Shown: positions 27,635-38,016 of the stretch, piece by piece
Position numbering within the stretch: position 1 is the stretch's first letter
Layout of the letters: every line of letters starts with the position of its first letter
NCBI GenBank assembly: GCA_028864975.1
Contig: JAGWLG010000003.1
Location: 86,150-150,149 of the forward strand
DNA length: 64,000 nucleotides
From: Thermoplasmata archaeon
GTDB taxonomy: Archaea > Thermoplasmatota > Thermoplasmata > Lutacidiplasmatales > UBA184
Direction: 5' to 3'
Notes under the pieces: model-generated
Told to the model about the DNA's origin: nothing
Database searches by the model: none
What the model saw: the letters and a program-made list of their open reading frames with translations, nothing else
Program-made: the position numbers and the translations under genes

Positions 27635-30600
27635 ATGGTGGGGGCGTTGCGTCCCAGGACCCCCCTCTCCGCTGGCGATGTTCGGGCGCTTTCACGCACA
27701 TGCACCCTCGTGGTCTTGACGGCCCTTCTCCTGCCGACAGGAGGTCTCCCCACACACGGCCTGGCGGCGTCGGCCCCCTCCCCATCCACCCTGTCGTCGC
27801 ACTCCTCCACGACCTCGGCCGGAGGCTCTAGTTCGCCGAACGTCCCTTCGGCGACGACGTTCCCGTGGTACGGGGGCCTCGATTACTCCGGGACGAACAC
27901 GAGCGGGGTCGCCCTCTTCCTGGGCAATCTCACGATTCCCTCCGGGGTCAACGACGCTTTCGGGTTCAACTACACGGCGGGGGTCGGAGCGCCGGACCTT
28001 TCCTGCTCCCGGGCCTCGGCGGGGATCGAGGACAGCGCGGGGGTCTGGAGGTTCCACTGGTCCCTGACTCCTCTCGGCGGGGCGACCCGGGAGGGATGGG
28101 CGCTCCATCTCGCTCCCGGGGACACCTATCAGCTGATGGTCGCCGTGGCCGCGGGCCGTCTCATCTCCTCGGTCTACAACGTCTCCAACGGCAACTTCTA
28201 CCCCGCGTCCACCATCCCCGACGCGTACGGGGCGCTCTCGGACGGAAGTTCCGGGTTGCTCACCGGCCCGTCGACCTGCGCGGGGGCGACCGTAGGGCTC
28301 CAGGTGAACCTGACCGTCCGGGCGATCTTCGGGGGCTCCACCCCCTCGCGCGACCTGTTCGTTCAGGACGAAGGGATCGCGCTCGCTTCCTCGTCGACCA
28401 CCATCCTTGAGGCCCCGAACCTGTGGAACCCCTACTTCCACAGCGCCCCGGCGGCCTTCGCCCCTGCGCAGTCGTGGGCGACCTCCGACCTGCTGGTCCT
28501 CGTGAGCGAACATCCTCCCCTCTCCTTGTCGACGACCACCGCACCACCCACGGACCTCGACGTGGGGATGGCGGCCTCGGTGGGCATTGCCGGGGTGCCT
28601 CACACGCTCAAAGTGGGAGGGAACACCAACACCTACGTCTTCTCGCAGGTCGAGTTCGGTGGCTACCCGGGGACGGGGGTCCTCTCGTTCGCGACGTGCC
28701 ACAGCCTGAACGGATCGAACTCGAACCCCGGTTATCCTGGCGGGGACCCGGGGATTCCCGGGGAGTACGGCTACTCGAGCAACACGACGGTCTCCGACAT
28801 CTTCCTCTCCTATGTCCTCGACCCCGCGACGAACCTTTCCGTCGACGAACGCTGCTTCACGGGGGCGCTGACGACCGCAGGGAACCTGTCGGTCTGGGGT
28901 CTCTCCTACTTGACCTACGAGACCTACATCACGACGAACCCCACGACGACCTACGTGGACGCGCTCTCGAGCGGGCCCAGGGAACAGCTCGCGATGAACG
29001 CCTTGAGCTGGAACGTCGCGGTCCATGCGCTGCCCCGGGTCGGAGCGTCGAGCTCGACCCCCAAGGTCCTGGTCGGACAGAACGCCGTTTTCAACGGGTG
29101 GGAACAGGGAGGATCTCCCACGCTCACCTACACCTGGTACGTGGACGGGGCTCCGCAAGGGACCTGCACGACGCTCACCTGTTCGATCTCCTGGGGGAGC
29201 GCCGGGGGCCACCAGGTGTGGGTTGCCGTGGTGGACGGGTACGGGGCTCGGGCCGTGAGCGCCCATCTCAACGAGACCGTCTACCCGGCGCTCGGGGTCA
29301 GCATCGCGCCGTACCCGACCTTGCTCGGCACGGTGGGAACCCCGGCCGCGTTCGCGGCCTCGGTCTCAGGAGGGACCTGGGGGAACCGCTACGACTTCTG
29401 GGTGAACGGCAGCGGGTCGCCGATCCAACCCGGCACGAGCGGGAGCTTCACGTTCGTTCCTCCCCACGGCACGACCTACCAGGTCTGGGTCGTCGTCAAC
29501 GACTCTTCCGGGAACGTCGCGGTCTCGCCGCACACGAACCTGACGGTGGCCTGGGGGCTCGCAGCGCTGCTCTCGCCGCTCTCCGTGGCGCTGGAGCTGG
29601 GGACAGGGACCCAGGCCACGCTCGGGGTGGCTCTCTCGGGTGGAGCTCCTCCGTATACGGTGAACTGGAACGCTCCGGGGTCGACCCTGCTGGGGACGTG
29701 CTCGCGCCAGTGCAACATCAGTTCCGCTCCGACCTCGGGCCTTCCCGGGACCTACCCCGTGTGGGTGGGGCTCACCGACTCCGGGGGAAGGTACGTGGCC
29801 AGCGCCCACGCGAACCTGACCATCGTCCCAGGGCTGGCCTTCTCGGCCTGGAAGGCCCTCGCCACGGTCGACGCGGGGGCGAACGTGACTTTGAACGCGA
29901 CCTTCTCGGGGGGGATGGGCCCGTTCACCTACGCCTGGAGCCAGAACGGGAAGGCGGTCGCATCTTGTGCCGCCACCTCGAACTGTTCGATGACGTTCCC
30001 GAGCACCGGTAGCTGGCAGGTGCAGGTGCTCGCCTCCGACCCCCTGGGCGGGCGCGCGACCTCCCGCGTGCTGTGGGTCAACGCGACCTCCCCCCTCGAG
30101 GTCCGGATCTCTCCCCTTTCCGGTACTGGCGAGGTGGGGCTCTCGGAGCTCCTCGACGCGACCGTGCTGAACGGAACCGGGGGGGTCGCCTACGGGTTCC
30201 TGACGGACCGGAGCGTGGGCCCCTTCGGGGTCGGGCCCTCGAACCAGTACCTCTGGTCCCCCACCGTGAGCGGACCGACGCAGCTCTGGGCGGAGGCTAA
30301 CGACTCGTCGGGCTTCCGCAACGTGAGCGGCCACCTGAACCTCTCCGTTCTCCCTCCCCTCGCCGTGACCCTCTCGCCGTCGCCCATCACGTCTGTCGCG
30401 GCAGGAGGGACGCTGAACGCGACGGCGACCGTGTCGGGGGGTCTCGCGAGCTTCACCTACCTTTGGTACGGCGATGGGACCCCCGTGGGAAGCTGCGCCC
30501 TGAGCTTCTGTGTGTTCCGATGGACGACGACCGGCATCCACGAGATCTGGGCCAGCGTGACCGATGCGCTGGGGGCGATCGCGGTCACCTCCCACACGAA

Positions 30601-31609
30601 CGTCACCGTCAGCGTGGGGAGGACCTACCTCGTGACCTTCCTGGTGGGGCCTACCACCGGAGGTTCGATCACGCTGAACGGAGCCACCGTAGCCTCGGGG
30701 AACGGCTCGAGGCTGCTCATGGGCCCCTACGGGGTCGTGGCCACGCCCTCCTCAGGGTTCCTCTTCGTGGGCTGGGCGGTCTTCGGGTCCTCGGTGCTTG
30801 CGGTCAGCTCCCCCACCTCCGCGTCCATCACCCTCCAGGTCGGGGGGAACGGCACCCTCCTTGCAGAGTTCTCCGGCTTCGTACGGTACTCCGTGGACGT
30901 TGGGATCGACCCCGGCGGATCGGCGGGGCTTTCCGTCAACGGGAGCCAGGCCCTGAACGGTTCGACCCTCTCGCTCCGAGCCGGAGTCTACCGTCTTGTC
31001 GCCACGCCGACCCCGGGGTTCGTCTTCCTCGGGTGGGTCCCTACAGGAGGTGCGTGGGCGCTGCCCAACACGTCCAACCCCGCCTCGACCCTGCTCGAAG
31101 TGGCGGGGGACGGGTCGATCACGCTCGACGCGATGAGCACCTCGGGAAGCAACCTCTTCCAGGTCGAGTTGCTGAGCGCTCCCGCGGGCGTGGGGGCCAA
31201 GATCGCGCTCGGTCCCTACCAGCCGGCCCCGTCGGTCGAGGTGGCCGCAGGGTCCTACGCCCTCTCCGTTGGGGTCCCCTCGGGGTACCGCTTCACGGGA
31301 TGGGAGGCGAGCGGGGGTGTCACCATCGCCTCGACCTCTTCCTCGAGGACCACGGTCGAGGTCAGCGGGAACGGTAGCATCACGGCCAGATTGGTGAGCA
31401 CCACGACGGGAGGGATCTTTGGTCTCTCCGGTGTCAGTCTCGAGGTCTTCGGGGCGCTGCTGCTCGCCCTCGTGGTCCTCGTGGTCGTGGGAGTAGCTCG
31501 CCATCGGGCGCACGCTCGGCAGCGGCCACCCGTGCCCCCTCCGAGGGCGGACCCTCGGGACGCCTCCGGGGAACCGTGGGAGGCTGACGGGGCTGACGGC
31601 GAGGCCTAG
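27635..31609 (+). CDS. Large secreted surface protein with PKD/Ig-like repeats, three B-repeat-like domains and a C-terminal TM anchor
   Basis: Signal peptide; repeats TYTWYVDG, YDFWVNG, FTYAWSQNG, FTYLWYGDG; repeats VATPSSGFLFVGW, VATPTPGFVFLGW, VPSGYRFTGW; TM followed by RHR. Confidence 0.88.
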   Translation: MVGALRPRTPLSAGDVRALSRTCTLVVLTALLLPTGGLPTHGLAASAPSPSTLSSHSSTTSAGGSSSPNVPSATTFPWYGGLDYSGTNTSGVALFLGNLTIPSGVNDAFGFNYTAGVGAPDLSCSRASAGIEDSAGVWRFHWSLTPLGGATREGWALHLAPGDTYQLMVAVAAGRLISSVYNVSNGNFYPASTIPDAYGALSDGSSGLLTGPSTCAGATVGLQVNLTVRAIFGGSTPSRDLFVQDEGIALASSSTTILEAPNLWNPYFHSAPAAFAPAQSWATSDLLVLVSEHPPLSLSTTTAPPTDLDVGMAASVGIAGVPHTLKVGGNTNTYVFSQVEFGGYPGTGVLSFATCHSLNGSNSNPGYPGGDPGIPGEYGYSSNTTVSDIFLSYVLDPATNLSVDERCFTGALTTAGNLSVWGLSYLTYETYITTNPTTTYVDALSSGPREQLAMNALSWNVAVHALPRVGASSSTPKVLVGQNAVFNGWEQGGSPTLTYTWYVDGAPQGTCTTLTCSISWGSAGGHQVWVAVVDGYGARAVSAHLNETVYPALGVSIAPYPTLLGTVGTPAAFAASVSGGTWGNRYDFWVNGSGSPIQPGTSGSFTFVPPHGTTYQVWVVVNDSSGNVAVSPHTNLTVAWGLAALLSPLSVALELGTGTQATLGVALSGGAPPYTVNWNAPGSTLLGTCSRQCNISSAPTSGLPGTYPVWVGLTDSGGRYVASAHANLTIVPGLAFSAWKALATVDAGANVTLNATFSGGMGPFTYAWSQNGKAVASCAATSNCSMTFPSTGSWQVQVLASDPLGGRATSRVLWVNATSPLEVRISPLSGTGEVGLSELLDATVLNGTGGVAYGFLTDRSVGPFGVGPSNQYLWSPTVSGPTQLWAEANDSSGFRNVSGHLNLSVLPPLAVTLSPSPITSVAAGGTLNATATVSGGLASFTYLWYGDGTPVGSCALSFCVFRWTTTGIHEIWASVTDALGAIAVTSHTNVTVSVGRTYLVTFLVGPTTGGSITLNGATVASGNGSRLLMGPYGVVATPSSGFLFVGWAVFGSSVLAVSSPTSASITLQVGGNGTLLAEFSGFVRYSVDVGIDPGGSAGLSVNGSQALNGSTLSLRAGVYRLVATPTPGFVFLGWVPTGGAWALPNTSNPASTLLEVAGDGSITLDAMSTSGSNLFQVELLSAPAGVGAKIALGPYQPAPSVEVAAGSYALSVGVPSGYRFTGWEASGGVTIASTSSSRTTVEVSGNGSITARLVSTTTGGIFGLSGVSLEVFGALLLALVVLVVVGVARHRAHARQRPPVPPPRADPRDASGEPWEADGADGEA

Positions 31610-31673
31610 GGACCGCTCCCGGGCAACTGAGTCCCGGGCCGATGGGCGTTGGTGGAACATTTCCTGCTCCTCG

Positions 31674-33000
31674 TTGAGCTGATGCTGTCATACCAACCCA
31701 ACGTTCGCGTCGTCTCCTTTCACCCGCTCGTCCGAGGGGCCCGGGCCTGTCGCCAGGTCCGGACGCCACGCCGCCGCGTCTAGGAGCGCGTTGCGCGCGC
31801 TCGGGGGAAGAGCCGCTCCCCGTTGGGACTCCCGCCCCCGGTCCAGGATGACGATCGCCGCCCCCCGGTCCCGATGCCACGAGCCCTGGCAGTCCGCGCA
31901 GTCCGAGCGTCTCCACGTCGGGTGCGTCAGCGACCCTCCGCACCGGGGGCATGTCGACGACGTCCCCCTCGCGTTCACCCGCACGACCGCGCTACGGGCC
32001 TTGTAGCCTACGATCCGCTGGATCTGCCCGTGGGTCCACGCAGAAAGCGCTCGTCGCTGGTCGGGGTTCCCTTGTCGCTTCTCCTTCAGGATCTGCTCGG
32101 TCGTCTCGGAGAGGTCCTCGAAGATGATGGTCCGGTCCCCCACGGACTTCAGGAGGTCGTTGGCCGCCTTGTGCAAGAGAGGGGTCACCCGGTTCCTCTC
32201 CCGTCCCTTGTTCCGTCGGAGGATGCGTCGCTGCGCCCGCAGGTCATTCGGAAGGCGCTCTTGGATCGAACGACGCTTGCGCACCATCGCTCCCTGGATA
32301 CGAGGTCGCGGTTAGGTCGACCGTCCCCGTCCTTCCAACGGAGGTGGCGAAGTCCGCGCTCGGCATGTTGGGGTCGACCCCGACGCTCTCCGGGTGCACA
32401 GAGGGCTCCAGCGGGAGACGGGAGTTGAACACGAGCTTGCGGTCGGTCACCGCTAGCCCGAACTCCCCGCCGCTTTCCTCGAGGTAGCTCCAGAAGAGGG
32501 GGTGGCGGGTGTCCGAGAGGTCGATGCGGACGTGCCACTCGTGAGCGAGGGTGATGTCCAGCACCTTCCCGTCCAGACGAAAGAGGTTTCGATGGAGGCT
32601 CGCCTTGAGGTTCCTCCGTCGCGGGAGGACGTCTTTCATCCGAGCGAACTTCTTCGGGTCGTGCCGACGGGCTCGCCGCAGGAGCTTGTCCCAGGCGGCG
32701 AGGGTGGCCGAGGTCTCGTTGGCGATGGTCACGGCCCAGCTGGAGGCGAGGTGCTCGTAGTGCGCGCGCCGCCGGGGGTAGGAGCGCTTGGTGGCCTCGA
32801 ACCGCGATTCTTCGGGATGGGCTCGCCAGTCGGGGATGAGGTGGTTGACGGCGGAGGAGACGTCATAGAGGGCGCGTAGCAGGCCCTCGTCGGGGAGGTA
32901 AGGGAGGACCACGGTGCGGACCGCCTTGGTGTTCCATCGCGGCACATGGGAGAGACGTCGAACCCCCTTCTTGATGTTCAAGGAGATGGTGAAATCGTGT
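31674..33000 (-). mobile_element. Non-autonomous solo-tnpB (IS1341-like) element; ends approximate
   Basis: No tnpA adjacent; a TCAA (minus strand, 31677-31674) just past the tnpB stop is a possible right end. Boundaries unverified. Confidence 0.4.
31688..32981 (-). pseudogene. tnpB: IS200/IS605-family TnpB RNA-guided endonuclease, split by a frameshift near 32300-32310
   Basis: ORF 32244-32981 ends after RuvC-I GVDPN; ORF 31688-32287 carries FEDL, CPRCG...CADC and HRD; the frames join at ...DLTA / RIQGAMVRK. Confidence 0.88.
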
Positions 33001-33069
33001 GCTAGGTGAGCCCTAAGGCGGATGTCACATTCTTAACTCAAAGCGCTATAGGGGCCGGCGGGAAGCCTG

Positions 33070-33600
33070 GTGACCGACGGCGCACATCATCGCACCCTGC
33101 CCAGCAGCGAGGCGGTGAAGCTCGAGGCGGTGGCGCGTCTCCTGCGGCAGGCGCTTCGATTAGCGGAGGGGGCAGAGGCCTCCGCCCAATCGGCCGCAAG
33201 CTCGGAAGGGCCACAGGCCGGCGGTCACAGCCATGGTGGAGCCGCCGCACCGGCGGTCCCACCCGCTCCTGCCGACGGACCTGCTTCCCGCTCACCGCCC
33301 TCCGGGGAAGCTCCCCGTCCATCCGGGGGCGGAGGCCCAGCTCAAGTCGGCTACCTTCTGGGCTTGCTCCAGACCGAGCAGGCACGGATCGAGGAGTCGA
33401 AGAAGGAGGTCGCGCGCAAGGACACCGAGCTCTCCCTGAAGCTCCAGTTCGCGAAGAAGAAGGAAGAGGAACTCGAGGCGCGGGAGTCCGAGCTCAAGAA
33501 GCTCGATGCCCAAGTGCGGGTCCGTGAGATGCAGATCTCGCGCCGCGAGGAACGGATGCGTGAGATGGGGCGGATGGGCCCGGCCGAGAAGGAAGGATAG
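33070..33600 (+). CDS. Hypothetical protein with C-terminal charged coiled coil
   Basis: TATA-like GCTATAG about 25 nt upstream; E/K/R-rich heptads. Confidence 0.7.
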   Translation: MTDGAHHRTLPSSEAVKLEAVARLLRQALRLAEGAEASAQSAASSEGPQAGGHSHGGAAAPAVPPAPADGPASRSPPSGEAPRPSGGGGPAQVGYLLGLLQTEQARIEESKKEVARKDTELSLKLQFAKKKEEELEARESELKKLDAQVRVREMQISRREERMREMGRMGPAEKEG

Positions 33601-33650
33601 GCCGCGGTCGGAGGGGCGGGACCTTCGCCCCGGAGGCGAGGGGCCCTACG

Positions 33651-33854
33651 TCACCGCGCCCTGGGGGGCGAGAGCGCGGATTCGGCGGCGACCTCCTTGC
33701 CAAGACCCGGACGTGACCGGTCCAGCTCGGAGAGGAAGGTCACGAGGAACGCCTCGGCTCGGCGCGGGTCCTCCTCGCGAGCAAGCAGGAATCCCCGGCA
33801 CAATCGGGCGAGGTGGCCCCTTGCGCCCGAGCCAGGATCCCTTGAGGCGCTCAC
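33651..33854 (-). CDS. Possible small hypothetical protein
   Basis: GTG start after GGAGCAG; helical pattern; fills an otherwise empty gap. Weak support. Confidence 0.35.
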   Translation of the reverse strand: MSASRDPGSGARGHLARLCRGFLLAREEDPRRAEAFLVTFLSELDRSRPGLGKEVAAESALSPPRAR

Positions 33855-34074
33855 CTGCTCCCTCCGGAGGCTGACGGCGGGTCCCTCCCGCCGCCCGTAG
33901 ATATACGCATAGGAGGGACGCATATAACCGAGCCGGTGGGTCCCGGGGACCTTGCCGGGCCGGGCGCGCGCCCCCCGGATTGCGGCGGGCCGCTTCGTTT
34001 TGCGTGGGAAGCTTCGAGGCCTCGTCCGAACCTTTATCCCCGGCGTCAGGGATGCGGCAGCTCGAGGCTATGCC

Positions 34075-35481
34075 ATGTCCAGTGCTGTGAAGCGGGCGAT
34101 GCCACCGACGACCGTGGCCGTTACCGGGGGCCCGAAGAACGTCCGCGGCGTGGTCCTGAAGACCCCCATCCCCGGCCCGAAGGGGAAGGCCGTGGTGGAC
34201 CTCGACACCCAGTACCTGATGACCTCGACCAAGACGGCCCCCGTGGTCGCGCAGAGCGCGAAGGGGGTTTGGGTCACCGACGTCGATGGGAACCGGATCC
34301 TCGACTTCACGAGCGGTGTGGGGGTCCTGGGGACGGGCCACTGCCACCCCGCGGTCGTCGAGGCCGTCCAAAATCAGGCGAAGGAGCTCATGCACTTCGC
34401 GGGGACGGACTTCTATTACGAGATCCAAGCCCGCCTGGCGGAGAAGTTGGCCAAACTCGCCCCGGGGAAGAACCCCAAGAAGGTCTTCTTCACGAACTCC
34501 GGGACCGAGAGCGTCGAGGCCGCGGTCAAGATGGCGCGCTGGAACACCCAGCGGCCCTTGACCCTGGGCCTCATCGGGTCCTTCCACGGCCGCAGCATGG
34601 GGGCGCTCACCCTCACGTCGAGCAAGCCCGCGCAACGCCGCAGGTTCAACGCCTACACCGGTGGCGGCGTGCACATCCCGGCCCCGACCTGCTACCGTTG
34701 CCCCTACAAGCTCGAGTACCCGAGCTGCGACCTCTACTGCGCCAAGATCCTGGAGGAGCTCTACTTCAACACGGTCCTTCCGCCGGAGGACATCGCCGCG
34801 TTCGTGGCCGAGCCGGTCATCGGGGAGGGGGGGTACGTCGTCCCACCCAAGGAGTACTTCCAGGTCATGCAGAGGATGCTCAAGCCGCACGGGATCCTGC
34901 ACGTGTCGGACGAGGTCCAGGCGGGGATGGGCCGCACCGGGAAGTGGTGGGCCATCGAGAACTTCGGAGTGGTCCCGGACATGATCACCACGGCCAAGGC
35001 GCTGGGCAGCGGCATGCCGATCGGCGCGATGGTCTTCGACGCGAAGCTGGACTACACCTATCAGGGGGCCCACTCCAACACCTACGGTGGGAACGCCGTC
35101 GGCTGCGCGGCTTCGCTCGCCACCTTCGACGTCTTCGAGCGCGAGCACCTCCTCGACAACGCGACGAAGCAGGGCGCCTACCTGACCAAGCGTCTCAAGG
35201 AGCTCCAGGGCAAGTACGACTGCATCGGGGATGTCCGGGGGCTCGGGCTGATGGTGGCGACCGACTTCGTCAAGGACCGGACGACCCGCGAGCACGCCCC
35301 GAAGCTCCGTGATGAGGTCGAAAAGCAGGCCTACCAGCGGGGCCTTGTCCTTCTGGGTTGTGGACGGTCGGCGATCCGATTCATCCCGGCGCTCATCGTC
35401 AAGGAACCCGAGATCGACGAGGCTGTGGAGATCTACGAACAGGCCGTAGGCGCAGCCCTGAAAGCGACCGGGGCGAACTGA
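34075..35481 (+). CDS. Class III PLP aminotransferase (4-aminobutyrate/acetylornithine aminotransferase family)
   Basis: DVDGNRILDF, FTNSGTESVEAA, FHGRSMG, AEPVIGEGG, DEVQAGMGRTG, AKALGSG and HSNTYGGN. Confidence 0.93.
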   Translation: MSSAVKRAMPPTTVAVTGGPKNVRGVVLKTPIPGPKGKAVVDLDTQYLMTSTKTAPVVAQSAKGVWVTDVDGNRILDFTSGVGVLGTGHCHPAVVEAVQNQAKELMHFAGTDFYYEIQARLAEKLAKLAPGKNPKKVFFTNSGTESVEAAVKMARWNTQRPLTLGLIGSFHGRSMGALTLTSSKPAQRRRFNAYTGGGVHIPAPTCYRCPYKLEYPSCDLYCAKILEELYFNTVLPPEDIAAFVAEPVIGEGGYVVPPKEYFQVMQRMLKPHGILHVSDEVQAGMGRTGKWWAIENFGVVPDMITTAKALGSGMPIGAMVFDAKLDYTYQGAHSNTYGGNAVGCAASLATFDVFEREHLLDNATKQGAYLTKRLKELQGKYDCIGDVRGLGLMVATDFVKDRTTREHAPKLRDEVEKQAYQRGLVLLGCGRSAIRFIPALIVKEPEIDEAVEIYEQAVGAALKATGAN

Positions 35482-35629
35482 GCCCGGCCCGGGCTGCGGA
35501 CCTTCGCCGTCCTGAGGCGATCACGAGCGGAGCGCTTGACCGACGTCCCCGGGTGAGACTGCAACGCCATCGGGAGATCGGGGGTCCTAGCTTCCCTCGG
35601 GAACTCGAGGCGCACCCACCGAGCGACCT

Positions 35630-36235
35630 CTAGACATCCAGCGAAACCAAATCGAGCGCCCTCTCCAGAGCGAGGGCGAGACGGTGGCGGTGGCAGAGCG
35701 TCGGTGCGAGTTCCGTGCAGAGAAAGAGCGGATGGCGGGTGAGGAGGGGGCGAACCTCCTGCAGCTTGTCAGGGGTCGCGACCTGCGTGTCGTACCAATG
35801 GAAGAGCGCGGACGGGCCGACCTTCCCGCTCTTGAACGGTTCGCGGACCGCCGGAGGGACCCCCAGATCGGGGCGGTGCACGTACTCCAGTCCACGGTCC
35901 TCGACAATCTTCCTCAGGATCGGCTGGTTCCACGAGGGCGTGTGCACGCTGAAAGGGGTGTCGCGGATGTCGACGACGAGACGACAGTCCAAGATGGGCA
36001 ATGCCAACTGGTCGCACAGCTCAGCGGGGGTCCTTCCGCTGCTTCCCGCGCTGGTGAAGTCGAAGACCTTTCTCCCGGAGGCGACCAGGGCGTCGAATCG
36101 GCGAAGGTTCCACGCGCGCTGAGCGACCGATTGTGCGAGCGGAGTAGGGGACCTCACCTTCGCCCTCTTCCCGACTTTGCGGTGTGCCGCCCCGACCTCA
36201 GGACGTGCTGACCTTGCCACGACCTTTGGCCTCAT
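35630..36235 (-). CDS. DUF488 family protein
   Basis: VVDIRDTP, YVHRPDLG and LCTELAPTLCHR motifs; start uncertain. Confidence 0.8.
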   Translation of the reverse strand: MRPKVVARSARPEVGAAHRKVGKRAKVRSPTPLAQSVAQRAWNLRRFDALVASGRKVFDFTSAGSSGRTPAELCDQLALPILDCRLVVDIRDTPFSVHTPSWNQPILRKIVEDRGLEYVHRPDLGVPPAVREPFKSGKVGPSALFHWYDTQVATPDKLQEVRPLLTRHPLFLCTELAPTLCHRHRLALALERALDLVSLDV

Positions 36236-36318
36236 CGTCTGGGGGTCTCTTCCCCGATCCCCGGGCGTGGCCCGCCACGGTCGCGAATCATAAGAGCCCG
36301 CCCTCCTGCCGACGTCTC

Positions 36319-37356
36319 ATGAAGGCCGCGCTTCTCGGACCGCACGGTGTGGGGCTCCACGAAGCTCCAGCGCCCCACGCCCGCGAAGGGGAGCTCATCG
36401 TCGCGATGCGCGCCTGCGGCGTCTGTGGGACCGATCTGGAGAAGGTCCGGGGCAACTACAGCGCGACGGGCAAGATCGGGCACGAACCCGCGGGAGAAGT
36501 CGTCGAGGTTGGACCTGGCGTGGACGGATTCTCCATCGGCGACCGAGTCTTCGTTCATCACCACGTCGCCTGCGGTCGGTGTGCGGTCTGCGCAGCGGGG
36601 ACCCCCACGTTCTGTCCGCAGTACCAGGCCACGAACATCGATCCGGGCGGTTTCTCCGAGCTCTTTCGGGTTCCCGCGTTGAACGTCAAGGCTGGCGCCG
36701 CCCTCCCGCTTCCCCCGAGCCTGAGCGACTTGGAGGCGACGTTCATCGAGCCGCTAGGCTGCTGCATCGAAGGCCTTTGGTCCACCCCGTTCCGAGAGGG
36801 TCAGAAGGTGGTCGTGCTCGGGCTAGGCCCGATCGGGTTGCTCTACCTGCGGCTCCTCAAGGCGTTAGGCGCGGCTTGGATCGGGGCGGGCGACCTTTCA
36901 CCCTACCGAAGGGCAGCCGCGGAGCGAAGCGGCGCGGATGTCGCATTCGACCCGCGCGAGGGGGGCGTGGTCCAACGGGAGTGCGGAGCCGCGACGGGCG
37001 GGCTGGGACCCGACCTCGTGGTGGTCGCAACCGGAGCTCCCAGCGCCATTGCCCAGGCCGTGGGACTTTGTCGGCGCGGAGGCACGGTCAATCTCTTCGG
37101 GCTGCCCGAGAAGGGAGGGAGACTCGACTACGACCTGCAACAGCTCTACCTGCGCGGGGTCCGCGTCATCCCCACGTACGCGACGACCGAGCGAGGGACG
37201 ATGGAGGCGTTGAAGCAGATCTCGATCGGTCGCGTGAAGGTGCGCGACCTCGCCACGCACACCTTCCCCTTATCGGAGGTCCCGGCGGCCTTCGCCCAGG
37301 CGGCCCGGACCGAGGAGGCGATCAAGGTCGTGGTCACCTCGGACGGCCGGGCATGA
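36319..37356 (+). CDS. Zinc-dependent alcohol dehydrogenase (MDR; sorbitol/threonine dehydrogenase-like)
   Basis: CGVCGTD, GHEPAG, structural Zn CGRCAVC...C, GLGPIG. Confidence 0.92.
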   Translation: MKAALLGPHGVGLHEAPAPHAREGELIVAMRACGVCGTDLEKVRGNYSATGKIGHEPAGEVVEVGPGVDGFSIGDRVFVHHHVACGRCAVCAAGTPTFCPQYQATNIDPGGFSELFRVPALNVKAGAALPLPPSLSDLEATFIEPLGCCIEGLWSTPFREGQKVVVLGLGPIGLLYLRLLKALGAAWIGAGDLSPYRRAAAERSGADVAFDPREGGVVQRECGAATGGLGPDLVVVATGAPSAIAQAVGLCRRGGTVNLFGLPEKGGRLDYDLQQLYLRGVRVIPTYATTERGTMEALKQISIGRVKVRDLATHTFPLSEVPAAFAQAARTEEAIKVVVTSDGRA

Positions 37357-38009
37357 AGCGTTCCTTCCGGGGGCGGAGCGAACCTCCGGCGCCCGTATCG
37401 ATCGTGGTCCGCGACGCGCGCCCCGGGGATCGCGGGGACCTCGAACGCTTCCACCGTGGACTACAGCTCTACCTCGCGCCGAAGGAGACCCGCTACCACC
37501 AGCAGCGTCTGCCCGCAGGATACGGCCGGGCCTACGTGAAACAGTCGCTCGACCTTATCGCGAAGCGGGGCGGGTTCGTGCTCATCGCCGAGCTGTCCCG
37601 TCGGAGCGTGGGATTCCTGACCGGGCTCCTTCAGCCCCTCGCTCCCTCGGTCGCTCGGATGGAGCAGCGGCCCAATGTCCAGGGCTTCGTTCTCGATGTC
37701 TTTGTCACCCCCTCCGTCCGTGGGAAGGGGGTCGGACAGGCGCTCTTCATGGAGGCGGAACGAAGGTTCGTGGCCCGCGGATGCGACAATGTCCAGCTCA
37801 CCGTGCTGCCCCCGAACCTGGAGGCGCGTCGGTTCTACGAGCGGGCAGGCTACGAGCCTATCGACCTCCGGCTCCGTAAGGACCTCGGGACCGCGCCGCG
37901 CAGCTGGGAGGAGGCCCGTCGCCGCCGACAGCGGGGGCGTCAGGGTCTGCGGCGTCGAGCGCGGCGAAGCCGAAGAGGAGCGAAACGCTCTCGGCTCAGG
38001 AACGGGTGA
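37353..38009 (+). CDS. GNAT family N-acetyltransferase
   Basis: VFVTPSVRGKGVGQAL and NLEARRFYERAGY; ATGA overlap with the ADH gene; Arg-rich tail. Confidence 0.85.
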   Translation: MKRSFRGRSEPPAPVSIVVRDARPGDRGDLERFHRGLQLYLAPKETRYHQQRLPAGYGRAYVKQSLDLIAKRGGFVLIAELSRRSVGFLTGLLQPLAPSVARMEQRPNVQGFVLDVFVTPSVRGKGVGQALFMEAERRFVARGCDNVQLTVLPPNLEARRFYERAGYEPIDLRLRKDLGTAPRSWEEARRRRQRGRQGLRRRARRSRRGAKRSRLRNG

Positions 38010-38016
38010 TGTGGAC

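Noticed and set aside
22422-33000. Genomic island integrated at tRNA-Val
   Set aside because: No downstream copy of the tRNA 3' end and no integrase found by eye; composition looks similar to the flanks.
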